A DNA stretch of 64,000 nt from Raja brachyura (taxonomy: Eukaryota). The position numbers were made by a program, and so were the translations under genes. Every line of letters begins with the position of its first letter. Position 1 is the first letter of the stretch. The DNA is taken from assembly GCA_963514005.1 (NCBI GenBank), contig OY740798.1:21266001-21330000 (forward strand), given 5' to 3'. Below, one piece after another: positions 50,830 through 63,159 of the stretch. Below the pieces are notes generated by a model. That model worked only from the letters and a program-made list of their open reading frames with translations, ran no database searches and was not told the DNA's origin.

Positions 50830-51340
50830 AAGTTGATCCAATGTCTTTTGCTATCGAGGGAGTGCAGCATAGGTTCACCAGACTGGTGGGACCAGTGGGA
50901 CTGACATATGATGAAATAATGGGTCGACTGGGCTTGTTTTCATTGGAATTTAGAAGGATGAGAGGGGATCTTACAGAAACATATACAATACAAGGCTAGA
51001 TGCAGGAAAAATGTTCCCGATGTTGGGGGAGTCCAGAACCAGGGATCAGTTTAAGAATGAGGGGTAGGCGATTTAAGACCACGATGAGGAAAAACGTTTT
51101 CACACAGACAGTGGTGAAACTGTGGAATTCTCTGCCACAGAAGGCAGTGGAGGCCAATTCACTGTATAATTTCAAGAGAGAGTTAGATTTAGTGCTTAGG
51201 GCTAACGGAACCAAGGGATATGGGGAAAAAGCAGGAACGGGTACTGATTTTGGATGATCAGCCATGACATATTGAATGGCGGTGCTGGGTCGAAGAGCCG
51301 AATGGTCTACTCCTGCACTTATTTTCTATGTTTCTATGTC
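50830..51340 (+). mobile_element. CR1 LINE 3' fragment
   Basis: RRMRGDLTETY..FTQTVVKLWNSLPQ; (ttctatgt)n tail. Confidence 0.88.
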
Positions 51341-51933
51341 TTACCTGCAAGGCCTCTTGCTTTGAAGCAAACTAGCTGTTCAGACCATCCATGCTCTCTG
51401 TTCTGCCCCAAGCCTTGTCTGGCCTGCCTCCTAAACATGCAGCTTTAATCTCTATACGTAGTTCAACAGTCCCAACTGGATCATTGATAAAGCAGCTGAT
51501 GGTAACTGGACTATAGATGTTATCCTGAGGCAACAAGGAATATTAGCAGTAATATCCTGAATCTGCAATGATTAGCCTGTAACAATCATGAGCATGTTTA
51601 CCTGTTGAGAACGGGGAGGTGGAGAAACCAAGGGTGTCTGTGGCCCTTTGTTACTAACTCATTTGAATAGTGTTTGTAGCAAGCACAGTTACTCTCAATC
51701 CTGTTCTACTTTTTAGTTTTAATATTTATTTCTGGATCAGGGACTGAGTTTTTAACATATTTTTACGTCCATTTCAAACACTGACAGTAGTTTAAAAGGT
51801 AATTTTACAATATTGATATGTCAAATGTCGTGGAACAATATCACATCCACAGTACAACTTTAACCCACTGAAAAACAAAACCAATTATTTTGTTGTTCAA
51901 ATAAACAACTACACAGTTTTGGCCTTCACCTAC

Positions 51934-52000
51934 CTCCAGGATCACAGAGCACAGCAGACAATGAGGAAAAGAGAGATCCACATCCATTAACCACCACTAT
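51934..52000 (-). CDS. ACCS: ACCS-like exon (IVVVNGCGSLFSSLSAVLCDPG)
   Basis: ttctag|/|gtaggt, 67 nt. Confidence 0.92.
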
Positions 52001-52629
52001 CTAGAATAATGACAAAGGTATTGAATGCATCATTCTTGGTTACAAAGTAATTAATGTATACGTATTACATCTGTAAGGAAAAATGACACCTACTCAAACT
52101 CCAGCTGTAAACAAAATTGGGAGACAAGGTGGTGTTCATCCAATTTGCATGTGGCCTCACTCTGGCAATGGAGGAGGCCCAGGCAAGAAAGATCAGAATG
52201 GGAAAGGGAGTCAAAGTGGTTAGCAACCGGAAGATCCAGTAGGCATTGGCGGACAGAGTGGCATTTGGCAAAATGGTTGTGGAGTCTATAATTGGTCTCA
52301 CTGATTTACAGAAGCCCATATCGGGAACACTGGACGCAGTAGATTGAAATATTTCCACAGGTACACAGGAATGCAGAGTTGGTGATAGAAACTGATCAGC
52401 CATGAGGTTATTAAATTGCAGAGTAGACTTGAGGGTCTGAGTGGCATTCTCTTCCTCCTAGTTTGTAGGTTCAACCAGGCTAATGGACCAGGCTAATTCA
52501 AAGATCTGCCACAAAATGTCATGAAGAGATAGAAGTGAAATTAACCATTCACATTCTCTGTAATGCTGCTTATTAAAATTAAAGTTTAATATGCCCTTTT
52601 TTCTTTATATTGGTTACTCCATTACTCAC

Positions 52630-52699
52630 GTTGTCAGGCTTGAGGTATACAGATGCCTTACAGTGATGCGTCAAAAACCTTCCAACTTCCACTCTGAGA
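52630..52699 (-). CDS. ACCS: ACCS-like exon (LRVEVGRFLTHHCKASVYLKPDN)
   Basis: cctcag|/|gtgagt, 70 nt, frame continuous. Confidence 0.9.
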
Positions 52700-54161
52700 C
52701 TGAGGTGGCAGAAAAAAGAAAAGACAAAAGGTGATAGATAAATGTACCTCTTGCACATTCCTTCATGTTTAAATTCTGGCTTGAAGCAAAACATACATTA
52801 ACAAAATTATCAGGTTAAAAGAAGTAAGAAGTAAACAGTGTCAGCAATATTACTTAAATGCTTATATTTCTTTCTTATAAAATGATTCTTTGTTGCTGGC
52901 TTCAAGGAGTGAAAAATGCACCATGGTGAGTTTCTGAAGCACAGTAATGTTGGGGTTTAATAGAGATAAGGAAATGTCAAGCAATGAAAAAGTTATCAGT
53001 TGAGATTATCTACTTCAGTCAACTTAAAAAATAGCAAGCAATAATGGAACTTTGGAACTCAATGTGTACAAGATTAAAGTTTTCAGTATGATAAAAACAG
53101 TTCAATGTTACCGAAGGCATTTAGTAAAAAGTCTCAACAGGCTACATTTATGCTTGGATTGTGTTTTATAGCTTTTCCAGTCATCATAGTTTTAAGACAA
53201 GGTTTGGCGCTGATATTACCCCACTTTATGTTTACCAAAGGATGAGGAGTGGAAGAGGGGATGATGGGAAACATTGGATGAAACGGGAGGTCTGCAATCT
53301 TCTTAGGGCCACAATTCGGGCAATCAAGTCTGTTGTCCAGGTATGACCTCGATAAGGCCATCAAAAAGGCTAAAAGGGGTTTCTGCTCTAAATTAGAGGA
53401 TGAGACAGATATTCAACAGCTGTGGCTGTGCTACGAGGCAAAACCAAGTGGCAGCTCAAGGGACAATGAGGCATTACTCCTGGGCAAGCTCAATGTATTC
53501 TATGCACACTTTCATAGGGAGAATATTGAATACTCAGGGCTCCCATTGTACCCCAATGATACTGTAATCTCAGTCACCAAGGTTGATGTCAGAAGATCCT
53601 TCATGAGGGTGAACCTTCAAAAAGTTTCTGGAACTGATCTGGGGTTCCCACCTGCTTCATATTCCTTTCTCTGGCTTCACAATTTGCACTCTTCTATCCT
53701 TATCACACACTCTTTGTCTTTTCATCTGTGGTCTTTGTCCAGCCATCTGCCAGTCAACCCCCCCCCCCCTCACCTGTATCCACCTATCACTCGTCAAGCT
53801 TTGCCTTGCCCCCACTTCTCATCGAGCTTTCCCTCCCCACCAGAATCAGTTTGAGGAAGGGTCCTGACCTGAAACGTGACCTGTCTGTGTTCTCCAAAGA
53901 TGCTACCTGACCCACTAAGTTACTCCAGCATTTTGTGTCTTTTTGTGTAAACCAGCGTCTGCAGTTCCTTGAGTCGCTCTAGATTTCATTTTAATATCTA
54001 AACTGAAACAACAGAACATCTCTAACGTTATGCACTGAAATATTAACCCAGAACATGTAGACAGCTTCCGATTTTTGACTCAGTATATGTTCGTGGATGC
54101 ACATTCAAATTAATATGATGTAACATCAATAAACTACAAATTAAAATCACACAGTACTTAC

Positions 54162-54232
54162 AATTCTTGTCCATTCCAGTCTGGACATTCCAAGAGTGGC
54201 AGGTCCATCTGCATTACGTCAGTCTGCATCAC
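54162..54232 (-). CDS. ACCS: ACCS-like exon (VMQTDVMQMDLPLLECPDWNGQE)
   Basis: ttttgcag|/|gtaagt, 71 nt; aligns to LLQYADWRGH of human ACCS. Confidence 0.88.
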
Positions 54233-54578
54233 CTGCAAAAAAGAACAATCAACTGTTCAATTGAACGTGCTTAAAACATGTTAATTATTTAATAACTATA
54301 AACCTACAAGTCAGTTATGAAAATGGTTTAAACTCTGTTGTGAGTTCATTTGGAAATGTAGAGTTTTATGTGAAAGAATCTGGACATGAAACAGAAAGAC
54401 AACCATAAATCTTCTGAAGAAATCTAATATAGGAACTTTTGTTGAAAGCATGAAAAACATTATTGCTTTAAATTGCTTTAAACATTAGCATATGAAAAAG
54501 TTAAATGATGTAAGTTTCATTTAGGAAGGCCATTTAAATCATTCTTTGAATGATATAAAAGTGTACAAATTGACATAC

Positions 54579-54638
54579 CCTTTTGGAAAGAAGATCAAAG
54601 CACAGCTTGTTTTCACTGGTTCCCAGATTGATAATGCC
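54579..54638 (-). CDS. ACCS: ACCS-like exon (GIINLGTSENKLCFDLLSKR)
   Basis: cag|/|gtatgt boundaries; ACC-synthase box 1 motif. Confidence 0.93.
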
Positions 54639-55233
54639 CTGGAACAAAGATGAAAGTACATCAAATATAATGACATACATCTGAACAAAAGTAAATTATA
54701 TGCAAACATAATTTGCAAATTGTCCTACAATGTCAGTGTTCGGCGGCTCCAATTCTACCATCAAAGTCCAATTTAATTTAAAGCATGTAGAAGGCCTTTC
54801 TGAATTTTCACTGACTCTGCTTTGTAACATTAATAGTTACATTATTTACACACAACAAACTGTATTTAAAACAACATAGACATTGCTGGAAATGAGTTTT
54901 CCACCGTACTGAAATCCGCAGTTTTTGCTGATTTATGAGAATGAAAAGGAGAGAAAATATTCTTCACGTCTCTGTACATCAGCTACGCAGCAAACATAAA
55001 TCATACAATGATTTCCAGGGAGACCAAAGGAAATGATAAACCAAGGACATTGTTCCTGGCACATAATGACCAAAGGCAACCTCCTCCCATAGATTTGGTA
55101 AATGTAAGATTAACATGCCTATTACAACATTTGATTAATAAATTTACATATCAGAAAGAGCTTTTAGATCTCTGTTTACTTCAGTTTTAAAAACAGCAAA
55201 AAACTATTCATCATTCCATCAATTATCAACATT

Positions 55234-55480
55234 TACATAGATACATGGACAATAGGTGCAGGAGGAGACCATTCGGCCCTTCGAGCCAGCACCACCATTC
55301 AATGTGATCATGGCTGATCATCCACAATCAGTACCCTGTTCCTGCCTTCTCCCCATAATCCTTGATTCCGCTAGCCCTAAGAGCTCTATCTAACTCTCCT
55401 TAGAATGCATCCACGACCTTCTGAATCAGCCTCCACTGCCTTCTGAGGCAGAGAATTCCAAAAATTCACAACTCTCTGTG
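55234..55480 (-). mobile_element. CR1 LINE 3' tail fragment
   Basis: Same tail sequence as the other CR1 copies (aataggtgcaggag..ccattcggcccttcgagcc). Confidence 0.85.
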
Positions 55481-56416
55481 AGATATTCTTAGTATAGTGA
55501 AGATTATAATGAAATTATTTCTTAGTATAATGAAGATTAAAACTGACTCAAATTTCATCGATGTGATTTGTAAACTTTCTTATTGACTGCATTGGAATGA
55601 AGATTAAATATTACAAAGTGAACAAAAATCAACACTGCAGAAATAGAAACAACTTTAACAACCACCAATAAAGCTCCTGTAAGAACTTTCCGTGGGTAAG
55701 TGCAGTGATCCAGAGTGGTGCAAAAAACAAACTGCTGGTGGAACTCAGCGGGTCAGGCAGAATCTGTACAGGCAAAGGGAAAGTCAACGTTTTGGGTCAC
55801 AACCCTGCATCAGTCCTGATACAGTCATACATCACCCAAAACTTCAACTATCTCTTTGTCTCCATTGATGTTGCCTGACCGCTGAATTCCTTCAGCAATT
55901 TGCTTTTTGCTCCAGAATCCAACATTTAATCTCCTGTGGATAGAAAGTTATGCATAGACAATAAACCTGTGTGCAGTGTAGTGCCCGCAACAAACGTGAA
56001 ACTTAATGTACAATATTCATAATGTACATATGTTAAAAGGATCAAGACTATAACATTTTTCATATGTACCAAACTGCAAGGTAAGTAAACCCAAGCCCAT
56101 GAATATCCCAAGACAACTGTGTGACAATTTTCCACCATCTCCACTTAATATTAAAATATTAAAGATTTGGACAGCTTTATGTGTGGAAATTAATCTTTCA
56201 CTGTGACTAAAGTCTCTTAAATAGATTCTTCTTACTGTGTCTTAAAAATCAAAGCCCAGAACCGTGGTAAAACATATTAACCAATCTGAAATTGTATATA
56301 GATTTAATTGACGTAGCTAACAAATCCCAAACAGAAAGTGATTGAATACAAATGCCCAAACTAAAGTAGTCATTCAGACCTACACTTGGTTATTTAACAC
56401 AGCTTAATACACTCAC

Positions 56417-57063
56417 ATTCGGGTTTTTGTCTTCATCGTACTTATCTGCGTGATGCGCAGGAGAATCTTTCTGAAATATTCCAAAAAAATTCTTAATTTC
56501 ATTTCCTCTTTTCGATAAATAAATACTTGACTGAAGCTGCTGGAATGTGGGATTCAACTCTGCATGAGTTGTAACATCTCTCAATCCATTTGGTAAAGGT
56601 TTGCTCTGATGCTGGAGCACTCTACTGCTACCATCTTTGGAGGTGGAGGCTGAGCTCGGGCTACCAACTGTTTCAGTAGCTTGGTCAGAAGACTGTGAGA
56701 AGACCCGGCTGAGGTCCAAGCCCAAGTTCTGCATGGAGCCACCGTGTCGAAGCGCATTCACCATCTGAGCAAAGATGGTGAACATTCTGTACTCGTGCTC
56801 CCTTTCCAGCTCCATCCGGCGCTGTTCCAGTTGCATCCGCCTGTCCTCTAGTTCCATGTCCCGTTGCATTCTGCGCTCCTCCATTTGTAGGAAACGTTCC
56901 TCCACTACTCTCTGCGCTGTGAGAAATTTAAGAAGAATGTCATCTAAGGGATCCTTCACCCGGGGTGGCTTCCTCTTCCGGCGAAGTCTGTGTAGGGTGG
57001 AAAATGCAGGCCCCGAGGTGTGCATTCCTGAAGACGTGCCACCTATATTCTGATTGACATAGT
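56417..57063 (-). CDS. ACCS: ACCS-like gene, large exon: basic stretch, coiled coil, linker and start of the ACC-synthase-like domain
   Basis: atttcag|AC acceptor and AAT|gtgagt donor. Ends SSIYLSKRG...DKYDEDKNPN, matching the vertebrate ACCS N-terminus (YLSSRG...DEYDEDKNPS). Starts in phase 1, so further exons lie upstream. ACCS versus a paralogue cannot be settled from the sequence alone. Confidence 0.88.
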
Positions 57064-57655
57064 CTGAAATAAAGAAATACAGAGTTAATCCAAAAATACA
57101 TTGCTTACGATTCCAAAAAACTGCAACACTTGTATTTGTGGTCATAATAATGAAGTAATGCATCTAAAGAAACTATTCAAGGTTGAACTCGTATATCAGT
57201 GTTAGCTCGGTGACACCATCCCTCCTTTGGAGATGTTCTTCTTCAGGATTTGCATACATCTTGGCTGTTACTTCTGATAATCATTGTCTCTTTCACCTGG
57301 CACAAATGGCACATCGGAACACGGCCACTTCGCAATTCCCCTGTGCTGTGCTGACTTACAAATAAATGACTGCTCCTTCTATTAAATGGGTAATAAACAT
57401 CAGGCCAGGATGCAGCGTTCACATCCCTGGCGTATGTAAATACAGTATTCAGGGAAGAGTGTATTCATGAAATCCTGTCATTTAGAGGTGATGTTTTGTT
57501 TTGGATGAGACTTCGGCAATGTAACATTCCTATAATACTTCAACAAACAGGAATTTCCCGTTTCCTGCTCAGTAGTTTTTCACCACCAAATATTACCAAA
57601 ATAGGCTATCTTTTCATCAATGAATTGCTGCTTGTAAAAAGAATGTATAAATTGC

Positions 57656-60600
57656 TTTGGCAAGTCAAGACGATGGGTAAGTAAAATTTGTTTTATTTTG
57701 AGAATTAAAATAACGTAATTACCCGAGTCGCTAAAGAGTCAAATACACGATGTTGGTCACACACGCGTGGCGCTAGAATGAATCAATACAGTAAATACAA
57801 CACCCGCGCTCATGTGACTTCTCCAGCCAATCGCGAGGGTTCGATTACACAGAGCCACCACCAGGTGTCGCTACAGAACCCCCCCCCCCCCCCCACTGAA
57901 CCCGAGTTACGGAATCGAGCAGGGGGCCGGACACGGCGACCGGAACACGTGGTACTTGGAAACGGGCCTAGCATAACAGAGGGGGCTGGTGGAACAAAGC
58001 CAGGGGACTGTAACTGGGTGGGAGGAACAGAAATAACCGGAGCGGGGGCAACAGACACCTCCAGATCGGCCGGCGGACGTCCCCTACCACCGGGCTATCG
58101 ACGTCCATGTGAGCAGGCTCGAGCCGGGCGACGGAGGTGATCTCCTCCCGGACCCCCACGTCCAAAGTGAAAGTTGCGACGCCAGAGCGCAACACCTGGA
58201 ATGGCCTCTCATAGACGCGATGCAGTGGGGACCGGTGTGAATCCCTGCGGACAAAAACATATAAACAGTTCTGCAGGACCGGATGGAACCCCAAACCGAG
58301 CAATCCAATTGGCCGCAAGGGCCCGGGCACAAAATGCGGTGGAGGTGTCCAAGAGCAGGATGGCCTCTGGCCATCTCGTAAACCGATCCACCACCGTGAA
58401 GTGATGAGTGGCGCCTCGGGATGTCGGTAACGGGCCCACCAAGTCAACATCGATGTGCAGAAACCGGGCCGAAGGGACAGCAAAGTCCTGTACTGGGTCC
58501 GTACATGCACATTGGAAGCGCGGAGGTTGCCCGGATGGAAGGGTGGGCCAGGCCATGGATTGCGTCGAAAATCTGACGGCGCTAACGCACGGGAACGATG
58601 GGACGTGGTCGCCCAGTGGAGATGTCACACAGCACCACCGTGCCCGAGGGCCTGCAAGGGACGTCGGTCAACCGCAACCCAGAAGCAGCTGTCTTGTAGT
58701 CCGTCATCCCATCATCCGCTGCAGCCAGCTCCACGCCGTGGTCCACGGCCGCCACCGCCAGGAGGGCAGAGCGGGACAGGGCATCAGGGACCGTGTTGCA
58801 CTTGCCAGCCACGTGCTGCACGTCCATGGTAAACTCAGAAACAAAGGCGAGGTGTTGCTGCTGCCGCGCAGACCACGGGTCGGACACCTTTCCCAAGGCG
58901 AAAGTCCGGGGCTAATGGTCAGTAAAAGTGGTGAAAGGCCTGCCCTCCAGAAAGTATCGGAAATGACGGATGGCCAGGTATAGAGCAAGAAGCTCCCTGT
59001 CAAAAGCACTACAGTTGCATTCAGGGGCCCGCAGCTGACGGCTGAAAAAGGCCAGCGGCTGCCAGCGTCCGTCGATGAGCTGCTCCAACATGCCGCCCAC
59101 AGCCGTGTCAGAGGCATCCACCTTGAGAGCCGTCGAGGCCGAGGCCCACGGGTGTACCAACATGGTGGCGCTCGCTAGGGCCGCTTTGGCCCCCTCGAAA
59201 ACAGTGTCTGCCTCAGGGGACCATACGAGCTCCCGCGGCTTTCCCGCGAGGCATTGGAAGAAGGGGCGTACGATTCTGGCTGCCGCCGGCACGAAACGGT
59301 GGTAAAAGTTTACTATCCCGACAAACTCCTGCAACCCATTCACCGTGCGCGGCCGGGGAAACTGGCGGATGGTCTGCACCTTAGAGAGTAAAGGGGTGGC
59401 GCCCTGAGATGTTACACTGTGCCCCAGGAATTAAATGGAGCGGAGGTCAAACTGGCATTTGGTGGGGTTGATGATAAGGCCATGGTCCTGGAGCCACTGG
59501 AACAGAGTCTGCAGGTGCGCGAGGTGCTCCTGCTGAGAGAGCCTCGCAACCAGTATGTCGAGTTAAATGTAGACGAAGTGCAAACTCCCACCGACCATGT
59601 CCATGAACCTTTGGAACGCCTGCGCGCCGTTTTTTCAACCAAAAGGCATATGAAGCCATTCAAACAGCCCGAACGGGGTGATGGTTGCGGTCTTGGGTAC
59701 GTCGTCCGGGTGCACAGGGATTTAATTATAACCGCGGACCAGGTCTACCTTGGAAAAAAAGGTAGCGCCTTCCAGATGGGCCGAAGAATTTGTATGTGTG
59801 GCACAGGATAGCGGTCCGCGGTTGTAATGGCGTTCAGACGCCTATGGTTCCCATATGGTCTCTACCCCCTAGATGCCTTGGGGACCGTGTGTAGCGGGGA
59901 TGCCCACGGGCTGTCCGAGCGCCGCACAATCACCATGTCCTCCATTAGCTGGAACTCCTCCCGGGCGATGTGCAGCTTGTCTGGTGGCAGCCGGCGCGCT
60001 CGGGCGTGCACTGGCGGTCGCACGGTGGGGATATGATGCACGACCCCGTGCTTGGGGGCCGCCGTGCGGAAACGGTGGGTGGGGAGATCCGTAAACTCGG
60101 CCAGGACGGAGGCACAGGGGCCCGCAACCTCGGCCACCGCGCTGAGCTGCGGGCTGGGTCGAGCCAAGGACCGCGGGTCCGAGGCCTACTGGTGGAATCA
60201 TGCGCCCGCCCCGCACATCGACTAAGAGGGAGAAAGCCCGGAGGAAATCGGCGGCCAGGAGCGGTTGTGCAACGTCCGCGATGATAAAGATCCATTTGTA
60301 CAGGCGGGAATCAAAGGATAGGGAGAGGGTCCGCCTGCCGTAGGTTCGGATCAAACTTCGGTTTACGGCCGTGAGCACAGGGCCCTGCTTACCAGCACAT
60401 GTGTCTAGCCCAGTCGGGTTAAGGATACTCACAGAGTCCCGGTCGTAGCCCTTGGTGGCGGTCGCGCACGTAGAGGCGGATGTTCGGGCTGATGGCGATC
60501 GCCTCTACTGATGATCGACCGAGGCATTTCCCGAAAACGAGCAGCGTTGTCGGCATCGGCGGGCCTCAGTGCCCCAGCGGAGATGGTAAAAACACCACTG

Positions 60601-61490
60601 GCGCTTACCCCGGTCTCCAGCACGTGGCTGCGGCTCTGCGACGTTAGTGGTGGACAGGGCGTCTCCGCGGTCTCGGCAAGGTGACTGGCGTGCAGGCACA
60701 GAGACCCGGTTTATAGACCCTGTTGGTTCGCGAGCCATAGCTCGTCGGCCCGTTCTGCGAGGTGCATGGGGTCGGTGAAGTCGGACCCGGCGAGCATCAA
60801 GCGGATGTCATCCGGCATTTGTTCAAAGAACGCCTGCTCGAACAGGAGGCATGGGCGATGGCCGTCCATTAGGGTGAGCATCTCGCTCATTAGGGTGGAC
60901 GGCTTGCGGTCGCCCGGACCATCCATGTGCAGGAGGCGGGCGGCGCGGTCTCGGCGGCTGAGCCCAAATGTACAGAGGAGGAGGGCTTTGAGGCCGTCGT
61001 ACTTCGCGAACGTCGGTGGGTCCTGCAAGAACGGCAGTAACCGCCTGATTGAAAGCCCCGACGACGTGGAAATACTTTGTGTCGTCGACGACGATATTCC
61101 GCAGTGGAACTGAGCCTCGATGTGTGCAAACCAGACCTGTAGTTGCTCTGCCCAGAACACGGGCAGCTTGAGGCCCACGACGTTTTGCTGGGCGTCGGGG
61201 ATGGCGGTGGCTCGCATGATGGAGTCCAATATTCAGTTGGACGCGTCGGGGTCACCAGTTTGGCGAGTCGAGAAGGTGGGTAAGTAAAATTGTTTTATTT
61301 TGAGAACGAAAATAACGAAATTACCTGAGTTGCTAAAGACAGCCAAATACACGATGTTGGTCCCACACGCGTGGCGCTAGAATGAATCAATACAGTAAAA
61401 AGCCCGCGGATAAAACACCCGCGCTCATATGACTTCTCCAGCCAATCGCGAGGGCTCGATTATACCGAGCCACCACCAGGTGTCGCTACA
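57656..61490 (-). mobile_element. Degenerate Ty3/Gypsy LTR retrotransposon, CsRn1-like lineage
   Basis: LTRs 61259-61490 and 57656-57875; PBS TGGTGACCCCGACG (tRNA-Trp) at 61244-57; poly-G PPT; probable 4-bp TSD ttgc/ctgc. Gag KLPVFW... with a CHCC knuckle (CFYH-x9-C-x3-C); RT (SPWASPLH, TPFGLFE), RNase H (VDAS..ELLA..FTDH) and integrase (HIDVDLVGPLP, VDRFTRWPEA) fragments broken by frameshifts and stops. Confidence 0.93.
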
Positions 61491-63159
61491 CTGCCATGTT
61501 TCCTTATGCTGTACATACAGTTTAAATACACATCACATTGGTTATAATAAAACATTTTGTGCTATCAGGCTGTGATAGAATGATTTAAATGCAAGGTCCA
61601 GAGATCCAGATTATTGCTTTAGTATTCATCCATATGCATCCTAATCAGTAGCTACTCAGCCACATGTATTTGCCCAATGTGGACTCAGAAACATATTTTT
61701 TTCAAATCATTGACAGCCTAAAACAATACCCAGAAAGAATGACTGCACTAAAAACCACATCACAAAGTTAAGTGTTCCTGGGGCAAATTCCTAGCAACAA
61801 AGGAAATCTTAGCCACAACTCAAAAGTACCTGCTTAATTTTCAGAACCCTACAACAATGCCATGCTTTCAGCAAGTGCCAAGCATGTTTCAGCTACAATG
61901 TGTTGTACACATTGGGCAAAGTACATGGAGCTGAGTAGCTCGTGATTTACCAATTAATACCTCAAGTCACAAGGGCACATTTTCTCAGAAGTGGTGGCAC
62001 CTCAACATAAACACCATGATCTAATCCTTTTTAATTGTTTTTATTTCCCTTGTTATTTCAACTTTAAATTTAATTTATCTTATGCACAGCAGCTTCACTG
62101 AGTACCTGCTGTTCTGATTAATCCGGCTCACTGTCAAAGTAGAAGTCTGCTCTAAAAGATGAAATTGCCCCCTGTTCTTTTTCACACCATCAAATTTGTG
62201 TTTAATCTATGATAATAAAGCCTAGATACAAATTCAGTTTAATTAAAAGCATGTTGAGCAAGCTGCAAGACACTTGATTTATCTTTTCCACTGCCACATT
62301 TATTTAATTTCTGTGAAGGCATCATTTTCTGGGAAGGCTCTGTGGATGTTACTACCCTTGAACAAGGGGTGGTTATAGATCTTGGAGGCCTTCACCATCC
62401 CAATTATACACTGATCACATATGGGCACATTGGGTCAGGCCAGGCCATTACTTCATTAAGTGCTTATTGAAATGCCTATCCCTAGTACATTCAATAGTAA
62501 CTAATGAACAGCGTAGACAGACACAAAATGCTGGCGTAACTCAGCGGGTCAGGCAGCATCTCTGGAGAAAAGGAATAGGCGACGTTTCGGATTTAGACCC
62601 TTCATCAGACCTTCATGAACAGCAAACCAGTAAAAGGTGAAATGGTAGTGGGCCAGTGTGGGCAAGTTGGGCCAAAGGCCCTGTATCCATGCTGTATCAA
62701 TCTCTGACTCTATTCTATACTTGATTTGAACAGAAGGACAATTTTTTCCACTATCCCACCGCTCTTCCCTCGTTTTCCTGTCCCCTTCCACCTATATCAC
62801 TCCTTTTAGCTTTACATTTCACTCATCTTTTCTCGTTATTTGACAACCTTTCGTCTCCTATTCATTTCTAGCCTTGGTCCCTTAGTCCACCCACCTGCCA
62901 ATTAATCCCTCCTAAGCTGTCTCCAGCTATCACTTGCCAGCGTTTGTCCTGCCTCACCTCTTTTCCAGCTCTCCCATCCACCAATCAGTCTGAAGAAGAG
63001 CCTTGACCCTATTCATTCCATCCATAGATGCTGCCTCACTAAATTATTCCAGCACTTTGTGATTTGATCAAGATTCCAGCGTTTGTAGTTCCTTCGTTGT
63101 TTGTAGTTCCTTGTGACAGCCTCGGGTGCACTTGTACCATGGTCACCATTGCAGACAGA

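Noticed and set aside
58408-60284. Long plus-strand ORFs antisense to the Gypsy pol
   Set aside because: Shadow ORFs of GC-rich coding sequence on the other strand.
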